Of a stretch of 64,000 bases of DNA, positions 42,222 to 53,637 are shown piece after piece (position 1 is the stretch's first letter; each line of letters starts with the position of its first letter). A model generated the notes under the pieces. The model made no database searches, had not been told where the DNA came from, and saw only the letters and a program-made list of their open reading frames with translations. The stretch covers positions 10,292,001 to 10,356,000 of the forward strand of contig CM022676.1 of the NCBI GenBank assembly GCA_012295275.1, written 5' to 3'. The DNA comes from Chrysomallon squamiferum (Eukaryota > Animalia > Mollusca). A program made the position numbers and the translations under genes.

Positions 42222-44274
42222 GTAGATAAATCTAGATAAACAGACAGACAGTACAGTTACAAAAATTTAAAACAAAAACAAACACAGTTCTCTTTCTTTT
42301 TATGTTTAATTATTAAAATCATGCTATATTACATTTTGATGTGATTAAAAATAGCATCAGTGAATTCATGCTATTTATATATATATATATGTATGTATAT
42401 TTATTTATTTACAGCTATATGATTTTTCAACAATAGATCAAACTCTGCCACAAGGCACATGTTATATATATATAAATATATGTAGTATAATGTTATTGGC
42501 ATAATTAATTTTTATTATTCAAATGTTATCAGTGGTATTTCATACGATCTCAAAAAGAGAAGGTATACAAGAAATCAAAATTTTATATAACTTTCATTTT
42601 ATGTCCCGTGGACTGTAAATTAAATATATATTTATCAGAATAATGATTCTTCATTGTTTTATTTTATTTTATTTTATTTTATTTGCTTATCTGCCTATTT
42701 GTTTAACTGTTTTTGAATTAAGTTCTTCATTTTCTTTTTTCCCCACACAAGCCATTGTATATCATAATATTTGTTTTTCATTTTGTTTTTATTTACATAT
42801 GAAATTTATTTTTTAAAAATACTAGACAATGGCAGTATGAAGCTACAATAATACAAATATTATATAGAATCAATATAAATTATATTGATCTTTTATTATT
42901 ATTATTTTATATAATATATTTAAAAAGAAAAAAGAAATATTAAGTACAAATATTTTTTTCACTTTATTTGGATTAAAAGATAATCTCCTATATTGGAATG
43001 TTAACATAATTTATTGTTTGTTTACAAAAATTTATGTAAAAATAAAGTACAAATAAATAAATAAATAAATAAAATATTATATAATAAATTAATAAAATAA
43101 ACAAAAATAAAAAATACAATAAAAAAATAATAAAAAAAAAAATAATTAAAAATAATAATAAAAAAATATAATAATAAAAAAAAAAAAAATAAAAAAAAAT
43201 TCCTATATACTTTTGATTTCATGAATTAAAATTTATGACACAAAAAAAAAAATGAAAAACACTAAAAAAAAAAAAAAAATTCACTCTCTGAAATGGAATA
43301 ATTATGCAAATTGATGCAAATTTATGTAAATTATTTTTACCGATATACATTTATATACATACATGTGTACAACATGCTTATTTTTCTTTTAAAATTCACT
43401 TTAATAACATTCTTTGGTAGAGCAGTTTCCTGTTTACTAAATAAAACACATATTTACATACTTGTTACATAAAATGAACTATAAAACAAAAGATATATAT
43501 TGATAATAAGCCCAGCAGAATTAAATAAAATGCAAGCCCATGCAGATATTGTACACTATTCAATTAATCAAGCATTAACAACAATAATAATAATAATAAA
43601 AATAAAATTAAAATAAAATACCTCTGTTACTACAGTGAAAATATTTACATGATAGATTTAGGATAATCATGTAACAAAATGTTTTTAAGATTATAAAATA
43701 ACATAGAAGTTCTAAAATTATAATGATACAAATTTTTTTTAGAAATAAAATAAAACAAATTTTCAAAAATTAATGTAAAACAATACATAAGCTTTCTAAA
43801 ATTATAATGAAACGTAAAATGTTTTAAATTATAATGTAACAGAACATTTTTAAATTATGAAACACACTTTCTAAAATAAAGTGAAACCGAAAATTTCTAA
43901 AATTAAAGTAAAACAAATGTTTTAAACTATAATGTACCTGAAAATTTTAAAATTACAAAACAATTTCTGAAATGAAATGAAACATAAAATTTTAAAACTA
44001 AAATGAAACAAAGATTTTTTTTGAAAGTATCTAAAATTGAATTAAATAATAAAAATAAAATAGTTTAATGAGGAGAAGTACATATGATGTAATAATTCTT
44101 TTTTAAAAGTTTCATTAAAACATTTCTTACACATTTATGTTCTTCTGCATTGATGTGTGAGCAGATCTGGTTGTCAAACAAAAAATATAAAATATTTTAA
44201 TATTAACTGCAATAACAGTTTCGTTAGTTGGGCTTTTTTGCCTTTTTATTATTATCATTATCATTATTATTATA

Positions 44275-44306
<32 letters not shown>

Positions 44307-44820
44307 CATCATCATTATTATTATTATTATCACTATTATCATCATCATTATTATTATTATTTTATTAGTATATATTTTTTTCATCATTATTAGCAGTTCA
44401 AACTTTCATTTTTCTACAAATTTCAAAAAATATTATTTTATTAAAATTTTATATATATTTTTTTATTTCTAAATTATTAGTTTACCCACATACATTTTAT
44501 ATATATGCCTAAGGAATCCTTCAAAGTGTTTTGAAACCAAATGTCTTTGTGGTCCATAAAAACTAGTCTATTTTTGTCTCTATGGTTCATGGACTGTGGC
44601 CCAGGTTAGGATGGTAGGAATTCAAAAGCTCTGGAATAGTAGGTAAGGTTAGACTGACAAATGAGACACAAAAAAAAAAAAAAAAAAAAAAGAGAGAAAA
44701 GAAAACCATGATTATATAAAAATAAATCACCCATGAAAACATAAAATTATTGAGATTTCACAAAGTACAAAACCTTATTTACACATGTATATATATACAT
44801 ATAAAATATCTGGTATATTA

Positions 44821-44868
<48 letters not shown>

Positions 44869-44890
44869 TTTGATAATAGTCAAGAATAAT

Positions 44891-44940
<50 letters not shown>

Positions 44941-47938
44941 TAAATAAATAAAATATAAGCATTGCTTATTATTAATTTCATAAACACAGAACAGAAACAT
45001 TTACTGAATTTAATGCATCTGAAATTATAGGAAAGTTTTAATTATTATTAATATGCTACATTTTCATACCTTCTTCTCTGTTCCCCCCCCCCATACTTTG
45101 ACATTGCAGGTGGAATTCTTAATATTTTACCAGGCTCAAGAAATGAGGGATTTAGCTGTAGAAAATAGCATCTGTAAGAATTATTTTAAAATTAATATCT
45201 TCTCTTCAAAGTTTTTTTTAATTATTATTTTTACTTCATTTTTGTTGGTCATTATTCTTATTTCTTTTGAGCAAAAATACATTGATGATTGTAATTTCAC
45301 TGATAAAAACAAGAAGAAAAAAAAAGAACATGTAAAAATATAAATGTTGTTGTTGGAATTATGATTTGTCATTTCTGAATGGTTGAAGGAAGACTTTCTT
45401 TTATTTTGATTTTCAGCCTTAGTGCCAGAGTTAAAAATTATTCGTTTATCACTTAAATATTTCTAAAGATGCATATTCAAATCTGTGGAAGGGGACATAA
45501 CTGTTCCAAGGGAGACAATTTGAAGTATGATGATATATTCCTAAATAAGATAAAATAATAATGAATAATAATGAATACATAAATAAATGAATAATGCAAA
45601 ATATAAATTTATTCTGTTTCCTAATCTCTGTTGTTAAATTTCAGACAGCAGAGATATTAAAAAATTGTTTAAACATTTAAAATCAAATTATATTTCATAT
45701 GAAATAAGATAGAGATAATTTATGAGTAAAGTGAATATTAATTAACAAATTCAATAATAATTATGCGATAGTTATAGGATTTGAGAAAAAAGTGTATATA
45801 TAGATAACCTTTGTTTGAAATATAAAATGAAAATAAACACCAATTGAGAAAGGAAATCTAGAATAAAAATAAAATCTAACGTGTATTTTCAAACACCATT
45901 GCTGCCTGTTACCAAAATACTATTGAATCCTTCAGTCTTAATCACTGATAACTGCTATAACTGGGCACATGATTTTTACAATATTTAATTTTTTCATTAT
46001 TATTATGATTATGATTATGATTATTATTATTTTAACAAATAAATTGACGAAAAAGTTTTTAAAAAAGTTAAAAAAAAGAGAAAAGATTCAGTTAAAATGA
46101 CAGTTTTGGAATGACCATCATATTATTAGTTCATATTGAAAAAATTTAAACTGAAAAAAAACCCAGTGACATCTAATTTATGAACTGTCATGCAACAAAA
46201 CAAAACAAAATTCATGAAGTGATGTGTTCTTACAAAAAGCATAATGAAATTCATGAACTGTCACAAGATCTTACTGAAATTCATGAACAGCTGTGTTTTT
46301 CAAGATCATATTTTCTTACAAAGTCTATTCTCAATCTTCACACAAAAAGAATTCTGAAAATCATGAACTGTCACACACACAGCAATGATAAGTCTGAAAT
46401 TCATGAAGTCATATGTCCTGACCATGCACCCATTAAACTTCATGAAATATGAAAACAGAATCAGGAAAGACTGAAGGTTTCTGAAGGATGGAACTAAGTC
46501 TGGCCAGATTCGTAATGCCTCTAGTTCTGTTTAACTGAGATGATTTCCCACAATGCTACAGCATCTACAAAATGTCCCTGTGTTATATAGTATTATTACA
46601 TGTGCTCATTTAACATACACTTCCTATATCCCACCGTTATATTAAAGAGAAAGTGTCAGAGTTTTTGGTTCAGGAATAAAAATATGAATATGTACATTGA
46701 AAAAAAAATGTAGGTAATTAAAATCACATGATTTTTGTGTATTATTAGTTTTAAATAGAAGATGTAAAATCATTATTTCTTACTCATGTTGGTGCTGCTT
46801 ATGTAAAATCATTAAGGCAACATAAATTTTCTATTTTAGCAGATTCGAATTATTCAGTACTGCTGCAGTATAAAAATGTTCTCAATTCTTGAAATTGTTT
46901 TCTGTAATACAGAAATGTATAAAATATAAAATAAAAATAATAATAATGATAATAATTTTTTTTTTAAATAATATAAATTTTGTAACCAAAATCTGTCAAC
47001 AGATCTCTTTAATATAACAATCTCTAAATGAAGCTATTAAGGAAATAATAAAAAAGCAAAAGTTTATATTAAATATTGGTTTTTGTCTTGTTCATTCATC
47101 TTATTTTCTTGTTTTATTCATTTCTTCCTTGCTGAATTGCAGAATCATTTCTTGATGCATTCACTCATTATTCAGTTCAGTAGTATTTCTTCACTGTTCA
47201 AATGATTATCTATTCATTATCAAACATTATTCATTATTCATTCATTATTCCAAATTATTTTCTGTCTGTATTAATTTTTTTTTATTCATTCCAATTTGTC
47301 ATTTTGGAAACCACACTTTATGGCTCTCATTTGCCTCATCCATACACAAATTATCTCCCTTTTTTTTGTTTGTTGTATCATCCAGATTGCCTTTTTGGTA
47401 ACAGTACCTTCATGAAAAATTTCAGTTGTCTCCCTTTCTTTTTAACATCTTATCGCCTCTTCATTTCAAGTTTTCTTTATCATGAATGATAACAGTTGCC
47501 TCCCTTTGTTAACAGGTGAAATTTATTTTCTTTCATCTTGGCTGCCTTTTCCAAAGAAACAAATTGTCTTTCTTTGTTATAAGTTCACTATAGATCCCAG
47601 TTTCGAAATTATAAGTTGCATCCTTTTTCTGATATTCAGATTGCCTCCCCTTATCTTTCTTTTCAATAGTTCACAGAACGTTTTGAGATCTATGATTTCA
47701 TATTTCATGTTATCTGTTAACAAATTAACTGATTTATGTCAGTTCACAAAGTCTTCACTAAAATCAGTTTAGTTCACACAGTCTGTTATTAAACAGGTTG
47801 TCTCCCTTTACAACTAACTCTTCAGTACAAGAATGTAATAATTCTTTCATCTATTCCTGGAATTAAAAACTGTCCAGTTGTCTCCCTTAACAAAATGGCT
47901 GACACAATTACAATTATATACATAATCTTCATAATTTT

Positions 47939-47978
<40 letters not shown>

Positions 47979-49314
47979 GTGAAACTTCCAGAAATAAAAT
48001 GTTCTCTCTGACAATGAAGAACAGTTTTGTTATTTTCATACAAAAATAATTCTGCTTATTTCAGCATTAAAAATTAATATTACTCTGTCCCGTTGCAGCA
48101 TCAACTCAAAGTCATAATAATTTAAATCTTCAAAACTTTGATTGAGAACTAAAATCCATTAAATCCTTACTTAAATCATTAACTTAGATTTGAATTTCTA
48201 TAATTCAGGATAGCAAAATCATTAATTTAGAACTGAAATCCATTAATTCATGTATGTAAACTGATAGATTTTTAAAAAAATTTAAAAATTGAAGACTGTT
48301 TAATATTTCAAGATGTGTACTGTTCAGTTTGATTTTTCTGAGTAAAATCCAAAACTTTTCTTAATACACCTCAGAATTTTTATCCTTCTGTAAAAGCACT
48401 GGTCATATTTCATAATTATTAATTGTGAGTAAATTTTTATGTAATACAAGATGGAAGTATGTATTACAAATTGCTTTAAGTAAAAAATATAAGGATAGAT
48501 TAATTTTTATTATACTCTATTTGATACAAGATAAAAGTGTATATTAAAAACTTTTTTATTTAAGTAAAAAAAAATAAGGGTAGATTAAAGGTATAAAACA
48601 TATTTATAATTTCAAATAGAAATCAAAACGCCACAATTTTATATTCGATATAACAAAAACTGAAGTATAAAAATAACATTTTTGCATATTAATCCAAAGA
48701 TGCTTATAAAAAGATTTTCATTATTATAAAAAAGATGAGTGTAATGTATCAATCTTCAATAATAAAACAATGGAATACATCAAACAATAAAAAAAAATAT
48801 AATAATAAAAATAAGCAATTGATGACCCTTCAGAAAAAAATGGAATGGAGTGACATTTCCAAGTGATTACATATTCCTGTGGAATACATTTGTTATTATA
48901 TACACACTGAGACCCAATCAGATGAAACACAAAATGTTATACAAAAGAATCAGCAACATTTGGAATTATATAGCACTTTGTAATTATTTGAAAAATACCA
49001 ACGTATCACATGGTTATTGAGAAATATAGCTGATGCATCACAAGTTTTGGTTATAATATAAGTTATGTTTGTTGTGGTTTCTTTACAGTACTGTCTGTTA
49101 TAACATAACAGTTATTTTTCTAATGGTTTCTGTTACACTAGTGTGACTTATAATATAACAATTATTTATGTTATCATTTCTATCTCAGTAGTGACTGTTA
49201 TATGTTATTATAAGTTATGCATTTTGTATAACAGCAGTTATTGATGTTATATTCTTTGTATAATGATAGTGATTTATTACAGCTGTATAATATGAATTAT
49301 AGTGTAATAACAAT

Positions 49315-49528
49315 GATATTACACAATAATTCATTATACAGCTGGTATTACACAATAACTCATATGATACAGCTGGTATTACACAATAACTCATATTATA
49401 CAGCTGGTATTACACAATAACTCATATTATACAGCTGATATTACACAATAACTCATATTATACAGCTGATATTACACAATAACTCATATTATACAGCTGA
49501 TATTACACAATAACTCATATTATACAGC
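49315..49528. repeat. 31-bp minisatellite (TACAGCTGRTATTACACAATAACTCATATTA)n, about 6-7 copies
   Basis: ACACAATAAC recurs at 49381, 49412, 49443 and onward; lies about 160 nt past the IgSF receptor stop, so probably in its 3'UTR. Confidence 0.92.
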
Positions 49529-49684
49529 CGAAATTTTTATACTACTCTTGTATTCAGTTGCTTTTACAGATAAAATCTCATAAATATGTAATTTTAGACA
49601 ACAACAACTCGTACATGTGTGTGTGTTAAAACAAAATAACTCGTGTGACACTGATGATGGTGATGATAACTCATGTAACTGTTA

Positions 49685-49819
49685 TCAGACAGCAGGCATC
49701 TGAACGTGCGCGTAGTCGGTGTCGTCATCACGGAATGCGACCGGACGACGGCTTCGTGGAACATCGTCAAATTTAAGATCAGCGTACGCTAAGTCTTGCT
49801 CTCTCTTGTAGTCATAGCT
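49685..49819 (-). CDS. IgSF receptor last coding exon with ITIM and ITSM
   Basis: ATTTCAG| acceptor; [44 protein letters not shown]. Confidence 0.9.
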   Translation of the reverse strand, partial: SYDYKREQDLAYADLKFDDVPRSRRPVAFRDDDTDYAHVQMPAV

Positions 49820-49993
49820 CTGAAATTGAGAAATAAATGAATTAATCAAGTTTGTTTATATATGTGTATATATGTATATCCTCACTCATTAACTGTCGGT
49901 CTGTCTCACTGTCTTGTTTCATTTTGTCACTTTATTTAATCTTTCTTTCTCACATTACAATTCTTTCTCTCTCTCCCCCCCTCTGCCTCACAA

Positions 49994-50030
<37 letters not shown>

Positions 50031-50264
50031 CACACTCTCTCTCTCTCACACACAAACACACACAGAGAGATAATTAATGTACATTCATATGTGCATCTTC
50101 CATTTATCAATGAAATCACATTTATTCAAAGAAATAATGAATATTTATTTTATTTATAGATGTATTTATGTATGTATGTATGTATGTATGTATGTATGTA
50201 TGTATGTATGTATGTATGTATGTATTTATGTATGTATGTATGTATATATATATATATATGTATG

Positions 50265-50296
<32 letters not shown>

Positions 50297-50742
50297 TGTA
50301 TGTATGTATGTATATATATTATGTATATATATGTATGTATGTATTGATTTATTAACTAACAGAAGATGTTTTAATACAGAGCTATTACATAATTTTAAAC
50401 TGATTCTATTCAGTACCAATGCAAATCAGCACCTCACACAATTTGTCCCCACAGACTTTATACCACAATTACAGAGCAGTTGTTGGATTGGGAAAAAATC
50501 CCCAAAACTTACATTATTATGTGCAAACTTCTTCTCGTCGGAAACAAGATCAGGCGGGGTGTTGTACATGCTCAGGTTGCTATGGTTACTGAAGTAAACA
50601 AACAGATACAGTATTAATAATAGTAAAGAAATATCACCATCATCATTATCATGTCAAATTTGTAAAAATGTTCAACTTTTATATTAAATTTTTTATATGT
50701 TATGACATTAATGAAGAAACCCATTATTATCATTCTGTTGTA

Positions 50743-50836
<94 letters not shown>

Positions 50837-51225
50837 CAATTGTAAGATATAAATAAATAAATAAATAGACAGCAATTTTCATAAAAGATACAGAAGCATA
50901 TAGGAAGAAGCTTTCTTTTTACATATAACAAAAATTCTTTAAAATATTAAAAATTCTTACTTGAATGGTTTTTCTGGAGGTTCTGAGAAAACAAGAAAGA
51001 AGAGAGAATATTGATAATAAAATTTTAAAATATTTACATGTAAAATAAAAATATATCTATCTTATAAAGCTGATTATTCAATTTTTTTAAAAAGAATATA
51101 GTAAATAGATAAACAGAAAGTAAACGATATAAAATAAAGAATTTAAAAAAAAATTACCAATAATTTTAGGAAGATATAATTTATTATGTTCTATTACAAA
51201 CAGAACAATGAATTATAATAATGTC

Positions 51226-51262
<37 letters not shown>

Positions 51263-51520
51263 GTAGTAGTAGCAGTAATAATAATAATAACAGTAATAAT
51301 GATAATAGTAGCAATAATAATGATAATGATAATAATAATAATGATAATAGTAATAATAATAACACCAATAATAATAATAATAATAATAATCATGATGATA
51401 ATAATAATAATAATAATATTAATAATGAGAATAATAATAATAACAATAATGAGAGTAATAATAATAGTAACAATAATAGAATAATAATAATAATATAATA
51501 ATAACAATAATAATAACAAC

Positions 51521-51554
<34 letters not shown>

Positions 51555-53215
51555 GTAACAAGAAATAATAACTAAGAACAAACAAACAAACAAACAAACA
51601 AACAAAAATTCAAGAAAATAAAGCAAATACGACAAAAATGATAATCTATAAATAAATACCTTCAACTTCAGGCTTCTTCTTTCTTTTACGAATAATAATG
51701 TACGTTGCTATGGCAGCAATTATTATTATGAGGCCAATCACAACGCAGACAGCAATAATTATAGTTGTAGTTTGATCATCTAAAAAGTTAAATATAAACG
51801 ATATTTAAGTAAAGACATATCATGTTATAATCTATAAACTGTGAATGCTGTTGTTGCTGTTATTTTTGCTTACATTATTATCACAGATCTATTTTTATTG
51901 CTGTATATTATTAATACATTGTTGGTTGTTATTGTTATTATTTTCAGCATCATCATCATCTTCATCATCATCATGAGCTCTAGACTGTTCATGGTGTTGT
52001 TATTTTAGTTATTTCTGTTATCATCATCATTGCTACTACTATTGTTGTTGTTGTTGTTTAATATTTGTTTCTTTACTTTATTATTAAAATATTTATTTTC
52101 TGGGAAAAAATATTAAAATGCTGAAATATTTTAATGAATTTTTAGACACACACACACACACACACACACACACATTTTCATTATTTACAAAAACCTCTCT
52201 CTTTCCATATACATATTATATATATATATATACAAACACACGCACACACTATCTGAAATAGCTTAATAGATATTTACACATTTTGCAAAGCAATAAATAA
52301 TAATAACAATAACAGAAGTGAATAAATGAAAATATGAGAAAATCAAAATGCAGTATAAAAGCTTTTCATAACAAAGAATAAAAGAAAAATTTATGGTCAA
52401 GGAAATAAGAAAAGATGCAGTTTGTATGCAAAAAGAAAAAAAATACATAAATGAATTTGAGAATGAACAGCCATATTTATTCAAAGAAAACATCAGAGAA
52501 ATTTGTAATAAAATATAATAGAAGTTTTAATAAAAATAAAAATAAATTTTCAGTCAATTAATGAAATAAATAAAAATTGTGTAACTAAATTATGTAAGTA
52601 CAGTAAATATATAAAAATTAAACAAATAATGAAATAATGAAATAAATATAACAAATAAATAATAAAATAACTAATGAATAAACAAAGAAAATAAATAAAT
52701 AAATAATACAATAAATTAAATAAATAAATAATGAAATAATGAAATAATGAAATCAATAAATAAATAAATGAACAAATGAACAAACAAATGAAATAAATAA
52801 TACAAATTAAATAAAAAGATAGATAAATAAATAAATAAGGAATTAAATAAATAAATAAGTAAATAAATAAATAAACAAATAAATAAATAAATAACTAAAT
52901 AAATAAATAAATAAATAAAAAAAAAAGCAAATAAGCAAATAAATAAATAAATAAATAAACAAATAAACAAAAAAAAAAAAAAAAAAATAATAATAATAAA
53001 TAAATAAAATAAAGAAACAAACAGTAAACTGTTTTTACCTGATTCTATTATTTTATCTGTACGACCACCTTCCTGAGTTGTTGTTGTCACAGTGGTCGTT
53101 GATGTTGTAGTTGTTGGTGTGGTAGTCTCCACTGCAGAAAAAGCATGCCGAAAATAGTGAGATAACAGAACATGCTGAAGTCATGCTTTGTACATGTGTG
53201 TGTGTGTGTGTTTTT

Positions 53216-53274
<59 letters not shown>

Positions 53275-53572
53275 AGTATTAATGAGTTGTCCATTTTTAA
53301 AACAGAAGAAATGTTTAGAGATTAATTTAACATCATTTAAAAAATTAAAAAACTAGCAAATTTTTTATTTACTCAGATTTTAAATATATATATATAAAAA
53401 TGTTTCCATGGCCACACTAGACTGTGTCTGTTGACAGGTAGGTAACTGGTTATGACTATATTTTATTTTAAGAGTTGGAATATCGAGACATGCCTGAGAA
53501 AAATAATGTTTCAAAAGAAAAATTAAAAAGAAAAGAACTACTTGCCATGATTCACTCTATGAAGAACTGCTT

Positions 53573-53637
<65 letters not shown>

